From NCBI GenBank assembly GCA_017451505.1, contig JAFTOF010000010.1, forward strand, positions 10,172 through 74,171: 64,000 nucleotides of DNA. The letters run 5' to 3'. The position numbers and the translations under genes were made by a program. This DNA comes from Clostridia bacterium (GTDB taxonomy: Bacteria; Bacillota; Clostridia; UMGS1883). Below, piece by piece: positions 55,284 to 64,000 of this stretch. How positions within the stretch are numbered: position 1 is the first letter of the stretch; every line of letters starts with the position of its first letter. Below the pieces are notes generated by a model, which did no database searches, had not been told where the DNA came from, and saw nothing but the letters and a program-made list of their open reading frames with translations.

Positions 55284-55329
55284 AATAGACAGGTATAGAG
55301 TGAAAAATACTCTATACTTGTCTATTTTA
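55284..55329 (+). terminator. stem-loop/terminator between glgA and glgP
   Basis: 18-bp stem (55284-55301 with 55309-55326, one G-U) followed by TTT. Confidence 0.6.
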
Positions 55330-55356
55330 GTTATTTTTAATAAGGAGTTGTATATA

Positions 55357-57813
55357 TTGGCAACAGTAAAACTTACTGCAAATCAGCAGCAAATTAAAGA
55401 AGAAATCCTCGGTAAGCTTAGCCGTCATTACGGCAGAACTTTAGAGGATGCAACAAAATCGCACATTTATAAAGCGGCGGCACTCACCGTGCGTGACAAA
55501 ATCATGCAGCAGTGGACAGCATATCGCCGTCAGCAGAGAACAGCTCAGAAAAAAGAGCTTTTCTATCTTTCCTTTGAATTTCTTATGGGTCGTTCTTTCG
55601 GTAACAACCTTCTTAATATAGGACTTACAAATGATTATGACAAGGTTCTTAAATCCATGGGCTGTAGTCTTGAGGAAGTTTCATCAATGGAAAACGATGC
55701 TGGTCTTGGTAACGGTGGTCTTGGCAGACTTGCCGCATGCTTCCTTGATTCTCTTGCAACCTTGGAGCTTCCCTCTTTCGGATGCTCAATCCGTTACGAG
55801 TACGGTCTTTTCAAGCAGCTTATAGTAGACGGCGAACAGGTTGAAACTCCCGATAACTGGCTTCATGACGGAAGCGTATGGGAAATTCCCAGACCTGAAG
55901 AAAAGGTGACTGTTCGTTTCGGTGGAAATGTAACTACAGAAATGACAGAAAACGGTCTTAAAGTTAACTATACCGACACAACCAACGTTGTAGGTATCCC
56001 CTATGATGTTCCGATTGTAGGCTACGATGCAAAGATTGTAAACACTCTCCGTCTTTGGTCTGCAAGGGCAGAGCGTGACCTTGATATGTCAAGCTTCTCA
56101 GGCGGTGACTATTTAAGAGCTGTTGAGGAAAAGGCTCTTGCCGAGGTTTTGAGCAAGGTTCTTTATCCCGAAGATAATCATCAGGAGGGTAAGGCACTCC
56201 GTCTTCGTCAGCAGTATTTCTTTGTATCATGTACCATTCAGTGGATAATTTCCAGATTTAAGCGTCATCACAAGGGAATGGATCTTGACAGACTTCCTGA
56301 ATATATAGCAATTCATATTAATGATACCCATCCCGCTATTGCAATTCCCGAGCTTATGCGTGTGCTTATGGATGAAGAAGGAATGGGCTGGGAACAGGCA
56401 TGGGATATTGTACAGCGTGTATTTGCGTATACAAATCATACAATCCTTGCCGAGGCTCTTGAAAAATGGCCTATGGATATGTTCCAAAGACTTCTCCCCA
56501 GAATTTACATGATTGTTGACGAAATGAACCGCAGGTTGGTTGAGGACCTCCACGCACGCTACGGCGACGATTGGGGCAAAATCAACTATATGTCAATCAT
56601 TGCTCATAACTATATCAACATGGCGAATATGTGCCTTGCAACCTGCCATAAGGTAAACGGTGTTTCAGGACTTCATACGGATATTTTGCGTAACGATGTA
56701 TTCCGTGACTATAATAACCTTACCCCCGATAAATTCGTTTCAATTACTAATGGTATCACATACCGCCGTTGGCTCAGACTTGCAAATCCTGAGCTTAGCG
56801 AGCTTATTACTTCTAAAATCGGTAAAGGCTGGGTAAAGGATGTATCCAAACTTGAAAAGCTTCTTCCTTATGCAGACGACGCCGAGTTCCGTCAGCAGTT
56901 TAAGGCGGTTAAGCTTAAGAAAAAGCAGGAACTTGCCGCATATATTAAAGAACATAACGGAATCGATGTTGACCCCAATAGTATATTTGACGTACAGGTA
57001 AAGAGATTGCACGAATACAAGCGTCAGCTTCTTAATGTGCTTCACATTCTCTATCTCTACGATAAGCTTAAGACGGATAAGACCTTTGATATGTATCCCC
57101 ATACATTCATTTTCGGAGCAAAGGCTTCTCCCGGATATGCTCGTGCAAAGCTTATTATAAAGCTTATTAACGACGTTGCAAAGCTTGTTAATAACGATCC
57201 CGTTGTAAACGGAAGACTTAAGGTCGTGTTTATTGAAAACTACGGCGTAAGCCTTGCACAGAAAATTATTCCTGCGGCAGAAATCAGTGAGCAGATTTCA
57301 ACAGCAGGTAAGGAAGCAAGCGGTACTGGTAATATGAAATTTATGGCAAACGGTGCACTTACAATCGGTACGCTTGACGGTGCAAACGTGGAAATGCGTG
57401 AGTGCGTGGGCGATGATAATATCTTTATTTTCGGTATGAAAACCCCCGAAGTCAACCGCGAGCTTCAGTATAATGAAAATTCAAGCCAGAACATCTATAC
57501 TTCAAATGCACAGATTCGCAGAGTTCTCGATATGCTTATCGACGGAACTGTCTGCCCCAATGATCCTAAGAAATATCAGGATCTTTACCAAACCTTGATT
57601 TTTGGCGACCACGGCAGAGCGGACGTTTATATGGTAGTGCGTGACTTTGAAGCATATTGCGAAATTCACCGCATAGCTGACAGAGAGTACCGCAACGAGG
57701 ACGTATGGCTTAAAAAGGCTATTATAAATGTTGCCATGAGCGGATTCTTCTCCAGCGACAGAACCATTAACGAGTATAATGATAAAATCTGGAATCTGGA
57801 AAAATATAAATAA
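55357..57813 (+). CDS. glgP: glycogen/maltodextrin phosphorylase
   Basis: GT35 motifs (LGNGGLGRLAACFLDS, NDTHPA, EASGTGNMKFMANGA with the PLP lysine). The TTG start at 55357 lies 9 nt after AAGGAG. The track ORF start (55258) lies inside glgA. Confidence 0.9.
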   Translation: MATVKLTANQQQIKEEILGKLSRHYGRTLEDATKSHIYKAAALTVRDKIMQQWTAYRRQQRTAQKKELFYLSFEFLMGRSFGNNLLNIGLTNDYDKVLKSMGCSLEEVSSMENDAGLGNGGLGRLAACFLDSLATLELPSFGCSIRYEYGLFKQLIVDGEQVETPDNWLHDGSVWEIPRPEEKVTVRFGGNVTTEMTENGLKVNYTDTTNVVGIPYDVPIVGYDAKIVNTLRLWSARAERDLDMSSFSGGDYLRAVEEKALAEVLSKVLYPEDNHQEGKALRLRQQYFFVSCTIQWIISRFKRHHKGMDLDRLPEYIAIHINDTHPAIAIPELMRVLMDEEGMGWEQAWDIVQRVFAYTNHTILAEALEKWPMDMFQRLLPRIYMIVDEMNRRLVEDLHARYGDDWGKINYMSIIAHNYINMANMCLATCHKVNGVSGLHTDILRNDVFRDYNNLTPDKFVSITNGITYRRWLRLANPELSELITSKIGKGWVKDVSKLEKLLPYADDAEFRQQFKAVKLKKKQELAAYIKEHNGIDVDPNSIFDVQVKRLHEYKRQLLNVLHILYLYDKLKTDKTFDMYPHTFIFGAKASPGYARAKLIIKLINDVAKLVNNDPVVNGRLKVVFIENYGVSLAQKIIPAAEISEQISTAGKEASGTGNMKFMANGALTIGTLDGANVEMRECVGDDNIFIFGMKTPEVNRELQYNENSSQNIYTSNAQIRRVLDMLIDGTVCPNDPKKYQDLYQTLIFGDHGRADVYMVVRDFEAYCEIHRIADREYRNEDVWLKKAIINVAMSGFFSSDRTINEYNDKIWNLEKYK

Positions 57814-57832
57814 TTTAATAAATGTAATTTAA

Positions 57833-57955
57833 CAGCAAAGTAGAAACTGTTGCGTTGATTATCACTTTGGTAATTGCAGTGTATGAAGAACGGGAAGTTG
57901 TCTTCATAACGAATAGACTATTGTCTTGCGATAACAGTTTCGCATTCCGTTGCTG
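57833..57955 (+). promoter_or_regulatory. THF-I (tetrahydrofolate) riboswitch aptamer
   Basis: P1 is CAGCAA/TTGCTG and P2 is AAACTGTT/AACAGTTT. The conserved blocks AGTAG, TGCGTT, GAACGGGAAGT, AACGAA, TGCGA and CGCATTCCGT are colinear with the THF riboswitch known from folT leaders. The reference sequence is recalled from memory. Confidence 0.8.
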
Positions 57956-57970
57956 CTCTAAGATTCTAAG

Positions 57971-58006
57971 AACCTTTCTGCAGCATGCTGCAGAAAGGTT
58001 TTGATT
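57971..58006 (+). terminator. THF riboswitch expression-platform terminator; its 3' stem contains the folT SD
   Basis: AACCTTTCTGCAG-CATG-CTGCAGAAAGGTT followed by TTGATTTTT. The GAAAGG of the 3' arm lies about 10 nt upstream of the GTG at 58010. Confidence 0.75.
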
Positions 58007-58009
58007 TTT

Positions 58010-58537
58010 GTGAAACAAAGAATTTCAACAAAGAAAATGTGTGTCTTGGGACTTTTGACGGCTATAACCGTTATTCTTGGAGTTTTTGCTACTTTCAGAG
58101 TGGGGAATTTTATCAAAGTCCCGATGAAGTTTATAACTGTTTTTATTGTAGGCGTGATTTATGGACCGTTGTCATCAGGCATTGTTGCGGCAACTGCCGA
58201 TTTCATAGAGGCACTAAGGATAGGCGTTAATCCTCTTATCACTTTAGTGGAGTTTGTGTGCGGATTTATTTTCGGTGCATGCTTCTTTAAAGTAAAGGAT
58301 AGCCGCAGCTATTATGTACGTGCCGTTATCTGTGCGTTTTTGCAGTTTCTCATAAGCTTTACAGTAATGTCAGAAATACTGACCGCTATGGGAATTTATG
58401 CAAGCTTTCGCAGTGCAGTGTGGATGCGGCTTCCTGCAATGATTATTCTTTTTGCCCTGCATATGCTTGTAATGTGCGGAGGGAAAAAGCTTGTTTTCAG
58501 ACTTAAAAAATTTGTTTCGGAGAGTGAAGCCCAATGA
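58010..58537 (+). CDS. folT: folate-family ECF transporter S component
   Basis: Membrane protein of about 175 aa, directly downstream of a THF riboswitch, overlapping the folC start by 4 nt. The start is uncertain: GTG at 58010, the track TTG at 58001, or the ATG at 58037. Confidence 0.75.
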   Translation: MKQRISTKKMCVLGLLTAITVILGVFATFRVGNFIKVPMKFITVFIVGVIYGPLSSGIVAATADFIEALRIGVNPLITLVEFVCGFIFGACFFKVKDSRSYYVRAVICAFLQFLISFTVMSEILTAMGIYASFRSAVWMRLPAMIILFALHMLVMCGGKKLVFRLKKFVSESEAQ

Positions 58538-59796
58538 GCAATTTCAAAGAATATGCCAACAGCTTTCAGGCGAAAAGCCGTCTTGGACTTGAATCCATCG
58601 GTGAGTTGTGTGAAAAGTGCCAAAATCCCCAAAAGAAATTAAAGTTTGTTCACGTAGCAGGCACAAACGGCAAAGGGTCTACCTGTGCTTTCCTCCAATG
58701 TATTTTAAGCGAAAGCGGACTTAAATGCGGAAAATTTATTTCTCCCAATATGATTGATGTTTGTGAAAGAATAAGCATTGACGGAAAAAGCATATCACAG
58801 GGAGAAATGGACTTACTTTTAACACAGGTCGAGAAATACGCCAAAGAAGTAGAGCAGGAAAAAGGTGCTATGCCCACCCAGTTTGAAATATGGACGGCTG
58901 CGGCATTTATTTACTTTGCCAAAGAAAAATGCGACATCGTAGTTCTTGAAACAGGTCTTGGCGGAAGACTGGATGCAACAAATATTATAGATGCACCGCT
59001 GCTTAGCATTATAACGAAAATAGATATTGACCATATCGAATATCTGGGCGGTACTATAGAAAAAATCGCCGCAGAAAAAGCGGGGATTATAAAAAAGGGG
59101 AGTACTGTAATAACCACCCCCAATCAGCCGAAAGAGGCACTTTCGGTGCTTGAACAAACGGCAAAGGAGCAGGGGGCAGAGTTTGTTTTGGCATCGGAAT
59201 GTGTTAATTATCCGCCTCGTGGAATGAGCGAAATTTTTGATTTGGGCGAGTTTAAAAACCTTAAAATTAACCTTTCGGGAATTCATCAGACGGAAAATGC
59301 TTCACTTGCCGTAAAAGCGGCTCAGCTTCTTGAAATTGAAGAAAAATACATACGAGAAGGTCTTGATAAGGCACGCAACATTGGAAGATTTGAAAAAATT
59401 TCGGAAAATCCCCTTGTTGTTTTTGATGGAGCACACAATCTTAGCGGAACCGAAGCTCTTACAAATGCCATAAACAGGTATTTTCCAGAGGAAAGGATTT
59501 CAATTATATATGCAGCAATGGCAGATAAGGATATAGATGCCTCGCTTTGCCATTTAAAGGAAAATGGGTTCTGTGAGCGTTCGGAAATATTCACCGTTCC
59601 CGTAAAGGATAATCCCCGTGCGGCTCTTCCCGAAACTCTGGCGGAAAAATTCAAAGGATTTGGTTTTGATGCGACACCTTTCAAATCTATAGGGGAGGCA
59701 TTTGAGGCAGCGGTAAAAGAAAATCCCGTCACCCTTATTTGCGGCTCGCTTTATCTTTATAAAGACTTTGCCGAATATATAAAAGAAAAATCTTGA
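58534..59796 (+). CDS. folC: bifunctional folylpolyglutamate synthase / dihydrofolate synthase
   Basis: Mur-ligase P-loop HVAGTNGKGST and FolC-like motifs (VLETGLGGRLDATN, AAEKAGIIK, DGAHN). Confidence 0.9.
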   Translation: MSNFKEYANSFQAKSRLGLESIGELCEKCQNPQKKLKFVHVAGTNGKGSTCAFLQCILSESGLKCGKFISPNMIDVCERISIDGKSISQGEMDLLLTQVEKYAKEVEQEKGAMPTQFEIWTAAAFIYFAKEKCDIVVLETGLGGRLDATNIIDAPLLSIITKIDIDHIEYLGGTIEKIAAEKAGIIKKGSTVITTPNQPKEALSVLEQTAKEQGAEFVLASECVNYPPRGMSEIFDLGEFKNLKINLSGIHQTENASLAVKAAQLLEIEEKYIREGLDKARNIGRFEKISENPLVVFDGAHNLSGTEALTNAINRYFPEERISIIYAAMADKDIDASLCHLKENGFCERSEIFTVPVKDNPRAALPETLAEKFKGFGFDATPFKSIGEAFEAAVKENPVTLICGSLYLYKDFAEYIKEKS

Positions 59797-59854
59797 AAAA
59801 TATTCCTTTTTGTGGTAGAATGAAGATAATTTTTGAAAAAAGGAGATGTCTTAA

Positions 59855-61390
59855 ATGGATATTTTGGCTTTTGTGCTATACTTTGTGGCAATGCTTGCCA
59901 TAGGGGTATACTTTTTCTTTAAATCTAAAGAGGTTACTGAAAAGGACTACTTCCTGGGTGGACGTGCAATGGGTCCTTGGGTAACGGCTATGAGTGCTCA
60001 GGCGTCCGATATGAGTGCATGGCTTCTTATGGGACTTCCGGGAAGTATTCTGGCTTTCGGCTTTGGTCAGGCGTGGATTGGTATCGGTCTTGCAATCGGT
60101 ACTGCGGCAAACTGGATTTTGGTTGCAAAAAGGCTTCGTAAATTCTCCCGTGCCGCAGGTGATTCCATCACGCTTCCCCAGTATCTTTCCAACCGTTTTG
60201 CTTCAAAGAGCCATACAGTAAGCGTTATTTGTGCAGTTGTGTTTCTTGTATGCTTTACAATTTATGTTGCCTCCGCTTTCGTTGCAGGTGCGGACGTTTT
60301 CACAACTCTCATTCCCAAGCTTGCAAGAACGGATGCTATGATGATTTTTGCGGCAATAGTAGTTATTTATACATTCCTCGGCGGATTCAATGCAGTTTGC
60401 TGGACAGACTTTTTCCAGGGTCTTTTGATGCTTGCGGCAATTCTTATCGTTCCTTTGGTAGTAGGATTTTCAAGAGAGCTTGCACCCGAAGCACTGTCAA
60501 CTGTTTACAAAGGACCCGCCGGTGAGGAATTTAAGTTTGTTGCTAATTTCTTTAATGCAAGCTGGCAGGATATAGCGTCAGGTCTCGGCTGGGGTCTTGG
60601 ATATTTCGGTATGCCCCACATTATAGTAAGATTTATGGCTATTGAAAAGCCCTCAATGGTTAAAAAGAGTGCAACCGTTGCAATTATCTGGGTAGTGCTT
60701 TCCCTTGCTGCAACGATTCTTATCGGTTACCTTGGAAGAATGTTTGTGTATTCCAACGGGGTTGACCTTTCTGAGGTGCTTCTTGCAACCGGCAGTCAGT
60801 CACTTATCTTTGTAGAGCTTGCACGTGATGTTTTCCCCTCGTTTATTGCAGGACTTCTTTTGGCGGCAATCATTGCGGCGTCTATGTCCACGGCAGATTC
60901 CCAGCTTCTTGTTGCGGCATCTTCCTTCTCAAGTGACCTTTATAAGCCCATTATCAGGAAAAATGCTTCCAACCGTGAAATGCTCTGGGTAAGCAGAATT
61001 ATAGTTTTGGTAATTGCTGTTGTTGCTTACTTTATTGCAAGCAGTGAAGGAGAGGCGGCACAGGCTATAATGAATCTTGTGTCTAATGCATGGGGTATCT
61101 TCGGTGCGGCATTCGGCCCTGCAGTTCTTCTTTCTCTTTTCTGGAAACGCTTTACATACAAGGGTGCAGTTGCAGGTATTGTAGTAGGTGCACTTGTAGA
61201 TATGCTTTGGCTATGGCTCCCCGTTTGCGGTGGTGCAACGCTTACTGCAATCACAGGAATTTATGAAATTATCCCCGGATTTATTCTGGGCGGCTTAGCG
61301 GCAATCGTTGTTACACTTATTGATAAGAAACCTTCTGCGGAAGTAGAAGAAATCTTTGAAAGAGCAACAGACAACTCAATAGACGACTAA
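59855..61390 (+). CDS. putP: sodium/proline symporter (SSF family)
   Basis: 511-aa polytopic protein with a PutP-like N-terminus (DYFLGGRAMGPWVTAMSAQASDMSAWLLMGLPG). Confidence 0.85.
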   Translation: MDILAFVLYFVAMLAIGVYFFFKSKEVTEKDYFLGGRAMGPWVTAMSAQASDMSAWLLMGLPGSILAFGFGQAWIGIGLAIGTAANWILVAKRLRKFSRAAGDSITLPQYLSNRFASKSHTVSVICAVVFLVCFTIYVASAFVAGADVFTTLIPKLARTDAMMIFAAIVVIYTFLGGFNAVCWTDFFQGLLMLAAILIVPLVVGFSRELAPEALSTVYKGPAGEEFKFVANFFNASWQDIASGLGWGLGYFGMPHIIVRFMAIEKPSMVKKSATVAIIWVVLSLAATILIGYLGRMFVYSNGVDLSEVLLATGSQSLIFVELARDVFPSFIAGLLLAAIIAASMSTADSQLLVAASSFSSDLYKPIIRKNASNREMLWVSRIIVLVIAVVAYFIASSEGEAAQAIMNLVSNAWGIFGAAFGPAVLLSLFWKRFTYKGAVAGIVVGALVDMLWLWLPVCGGATLTAITGIYEIIPGFILGGLAAIVVTLIDKKPSAEVEEIFERATDNSIDD

Positions 61391-61400
61391 GTAAAACAAC

Positions 61401-61432
61401 AACAGCCCGGAACCAATCGGTTCCGGGCTGTT
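61401..61432. terminator. bidirectional terminator between putP and hydG
   Basis: Perfect 14-bp stem AACAGCCCGGAACC / GGTTCCGGGCTGTT with a 4-nt loop. Confidence 0.7.
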
Positions 61433-61439
61433 CTATGTG

Positions 61440-62879
61440 TTAAAATCTGAAATCTCTTATACCATTCTGAATTTTCTCAAGGTTTTCTTTGCAAATTTCC
61501 TTTACTTTTTCCTTGGGAATGTTTTCAAGCTCCGCTTGAATGAGTGCCTCTCCGATTTTCTTTGTGTCCTCGGAGGCATAGTCCATCAAAAATTCCTTCA
61601 GTGTCATAAGTGCATTGGGGTGACAGCAATTTTGAATCTGCCCCGATTTGCAAAGGGACATAAATCTGTCTCCCGTTCTGCCTTCGCGGTAGCACGCTGT
61701 ACAGAAAGAGGGAATATGCCCAAGCTCCATCAGCCATTTTACAACCTCGTCCAACGTCCTTGTGTCGGACACATCGAACTGCTCACTGTCGTGGGGGCGT
61801 TCTTCTTCGGTGTATCCGCCAACAGAAGTTCTGGAAGCACCGCTTATCTGCGATACGCCAAGCTTAATCACCTTTTCACGCACTGCCTGACTCTCTCTTG
61901 TGGAAATAATCATTCCGGTGTAGGGGGTGGAAATTCTGATAAGTGCACAAATCTTTGCAAATGTATCATCATCAATACCGTTATCAAAAACATCGGGGTC
62001 AATATCATCTGCACGCTTGATTCTCGGTACGCTGATTGTGTGAGGACCTACGCCGTGAACAGCTTCAAGATGCTCTGCGTGCATCAGAAGACCTGCAAAT
62101 TCGTATTTGTAAAGTTCCAATCCGAAAAGTACGCCCAAGCCCACATCATCAATGCCGCCCTCCATGGCTCTGTCCATAGCTTCGGTATGATAAGCGTAGT
62201 CGTGTTTCGGACCTGTGGGGTGAAGCTTAAGATAGCTTTCCTTATGATAGGTTTCCTGAAACAGAATATATGTTCCAATTCCTGCGTCCTTGAGCTTTCT
62301 GTAATTTTCAACTGTAGTAGCGGCAATGTTTACGTTGACACGTCTTATAGCACCATTTTTGTGCTTAATTGAATAGATGGTATCAATACATTCAAGGATA
62401 TATTCAATGGGATTGTTCACGGGATCCTCGCCTGATTCAATGGCAAGGCGTTTATGTCCCATGTCCTGAAGTGCGATAACCTCTTTCCTTACTTCCTCCT
62501 GTGTAAGCTTCTTTCTTGCGATGTGCTTATTTTTGTAATGATACGGACAGTATACACAGCCGTTCACACAGTAGTTTGAAAGGTACAACGGTGCAAACAT
62601 TACTATTCTGTTGCCGTAAAATGCCTGCTTTATTTCCTCCGCCAATTTATACATTTCCTGTACCTTCTCAGGGATTTCGCAGGCGAGAAGTACCGATGCC
62701 TCCCTGTGGTTAAGACCTTGGCAGAAAGTGCCGTTATCCTTTTTTTGCGGTCTTGCCTTATCTAAAATTTGGTCGATAAGCTCTACGTTGTTTTTGTTTT
62801 CCTCCGCATACTTTAAAGTAGCACGGATTTCCTCATCGCTGATAAATTCTTCTGCAATCATTGATTTCGGATTATACAT
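61440..62879 (-). CDS. hydG: [FeFe]-hydrogenase maturase HydG (radical SAM tyrosine lyase)
   Basis: Radical-SAM motif CVNGCVYCPY and a ThiH-like core. The HydG-specific C-terminal cluster motif is present (CTACYREGRTGDRFMSLCKSGQIQNCC). 479 aa. Confidence 0.85.
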   Translation of the reverse strand: MYNPKSMIAEEFISDEEIRATLKYAEENKNNVELIDQILDKARPQKKDNGTFCQGLNHREASVLLACEIPEKVQEMYKLAEEIKQAFYGNRIVMFAPLYLSNYCVNGCVYCPYHYKNKHIARKKLTQEEVRKEVIALQDMGHKRLAIESGEDPVNNPIEYILECIDTIYSIKHKNGAIRRVNVNIAATTVENYRKLKDAGIGTYILFQETYHKESYLKLHPTGPKHDYAYHTEAMDRAMEGGIDDVGLGVLFGLELYKYEFAGLLMHAEHLEAVHGVGPHTISVPRIKRADDIDPDVFDNGIDDDTFAKICALIRISTPYTGMIISTRESQAVREKVIKLGVSQISGASRTSVGGYTEEERPHDSEQFDVSDTRTLDEVVKWLMELGHIPSFCTACYREGRTGDRFMSLCKSGQIQNCCHPNALMTLKEFLMDYASEDTKKIGEALIQAELENIPKEKVKEICKENLEKIQNGIRDFRF

Positions 62880-62936
62880 AATACCATTCCTTTCTTTCGG
62901 ATTAGAAAAAACTTCTCCGTCAGTAATTCTATTTTA

Positions 62937-63608
62937 TCAGTCTTTTATCCTCCAGTCAATAGGAGATTTAAGATTCGAGATAAGAATTTCATTTGCTTTT
63001 TTAAAATGACCACATCCCATAAATCCTCTTGAAGCGGAAAGGGGACTGGGGTGTGCCGCCTCTAATACATAGTGACGGGGATTTGTAATCAGTTCTTTTT
63101 TCTTTCGTGCATTATTTCCCCACAAAAGGAAAACTACAGGCTCATCACGCAAATTCAGCTGACGGATGATTTCATCGGTAAACTGCTCCCAACCTTTTCC
63201 CTGATGACTGTTTGCTTCACCCTCACGCACCGTGAGAACTGCATTTAAAAGTAAAACTCCCTGCTCGGCCCACTGCATCAGATAACCTGTTTTGGGAATT
63301 TCATACCCAAACTCTGCCTTTATTTCCTTATACATATTAAGAAGTGACGGTGGAATGGGAATCCCCGGCTTCACCGAAAAACTCATACCGTGTGCCTGAC
63401 CTACCTCGTGATAGGGGTCTTGTCCGATGATTACTACCTTAACCTTTGAGTATGGAGTAGCCTTGAGTGCAGAAAAAAGCTCATACATGTCGGGATAAAC
63501 AGTGTGGGAAGCATATTCCTCCTTTAAAAATCTGCGAAGCCTGAGGTAATATTCCTTTTCAAATTCTTTGCCGATTCTTTGGTCCCAATCGTTATTTAAC
63601 TTCACCAT
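62937..63608 (-). CDS. ung: uracil-DNA glycosylase (family 1)
   Basis: [10 protein letters not shown] (water-activating loop), GVLLLN and HPSPLSA motifs. Confidence 0.95.
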   Translation of the reverse strand: MVKLNNDWDQRIGKEFEKEYYLRLRRFLKEEYASHTVYPDMYELFSALKATPYSKVKVVIIGQDPYHEVGQAHGMSFSVKPGIPIPPSLLNMYKEIKAEFGYEIPKTGYLMQWAEQGVLLLNAVLTVREGEANSHQGKGWEQFTDEIIRQLNLRDEPVVFLLWGNNARKKKELITNPRHYVLEAAHPSPLSASRGFMGCGHFKKANEILISNLKSPIDWRIKD

Positions 63609-64000
63609 TTTTAATCACCTTTTTCATAACAGTATTGCGAAGAACCACGCCACCGCGGGAAAGAGTGCTGATACCTGCTTTTTCAAAGCCCATTTTAAGA
63701 TAGAAGCCCTCGGCAGTTTTGCTGGAATCAAGGCTAAGTTCGCAAATGCCGTTTTCTTTTGCCCAGCTTTCGGCTTTTTTGAAAAGAGCCTCCCCAATGC
63801 CTCTATGTAAAAAATCCTTGTGCGTATAAAGCCTGTTTATATAGCCGTTTCGCTCCAGACTTATAAAACCTACCAATTTCCCTTTTTCAAAAGCAGCTAA
63901 ATTTAAGGAGCCTGAGAGGTTCTGGCGGAATTTTGGCACGTCAAAATTTGAAGGTGCCCAGGCATCAAGTTCTTCTTTTGTATAATCATCAGCACAAACA
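63592..64000 (-). CDS. GNAT family N-acetyltransferase (N-terminus probably outside the window)
   Basis: Acetyl-CoA-binding region [20 protein letters not shown]. The frame stays open upstream of the GTG at 63939 through [19 protein letters not shown] to the window edge. It overlaps the ung start by 17 nt. Confidence 0.75.
   Translation of the reverse strand, partial: VCADDYTKEELDAWAPSNFDVPKFRQNLSGSLNLAAFEKGKLVGFISLERNGYINRLYTHKDFLHRGIGEALFKKAESWAKENGICELSLDSSKTAEGFYLKMGFEKAGISTLSRGGVVLRNTVMKKVIKNGEVK

Noticed and set aside
57815-58018. 67-aa minus-strand ORF upstream of folT
   Set aside because: It covers the THF riboswitch and its terminator, and the RNA element explains the region.
61437-62372. 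311-aa ORF on the plus strand
   Set aside because: It is entirely antisense to the well-supported hydG gene. The protein is Cys/Phe-rich and low-complexity, with no SD. It is a typical shadow ORF.
1-64000. CRISPR arrays, rRNA/tRNA genes, transposases, integrases, and prophage or defence-system genes
   Set aside because: None were seen in any frame or as repeat/spacer patterns. The accessory status of the 11.5-27.6 kb locus rests on gene content only, not on mobility signatures.

Overview
64-kb chromosomal segment from a spore-forming Firmicute of the class Clostridia. The gene content looks Oscillospiraceae/Ruminococcaceae-like, but that placement is inference only. Most of the window is housekeeping. 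It holds fhs; an 8-gene thiamine operon (thiS-F-G-H-E-D-C plus an ECF S component) behind a TPP riboswitch; panT-like/coaX; and rpsT, apbE, coaE, polA. It also holds rpmB, rpsF-ssb-rpsR, gpr, nifS-nifU, spoIIP, fba, rex, adhE, and a glycogen operon (glgB-C-D-A-P). The right end carries a THF riboswitch with folT-folC, then putP, hydG and ung. The one clearly accessory block lies at 11.5-27.6 kb. There an AraC regulator is divergent from six same-strand genes: a 1689-aa mosaic surface protein, an orphan ABC solute-binding lipoprotein, a TIM-barrel sugar-phosphate isomerase/epimerase, a second beta-helix protein and two paralogous ~850-aa BNR/Asp-box proteins. The most unusual non-coding signals are two intergenic elements of 273 and 272 nt, one after rpsR and one between glgB and glgC. 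Both have the same topology, a long terminal stem enclosing two ~100-nt hairpins. I could not assign them to a known RNA or repeat family by eye. Eight helically phased A-tracts sit upstream of the glgB promoter. An XRE/S24 repressor-like protein has both catalytic residues replaced. I saw no rRNA, tRNA, CRISPR array, transposase or integrase. All calls come from reading the sequence and ORF translations; no searches were run.
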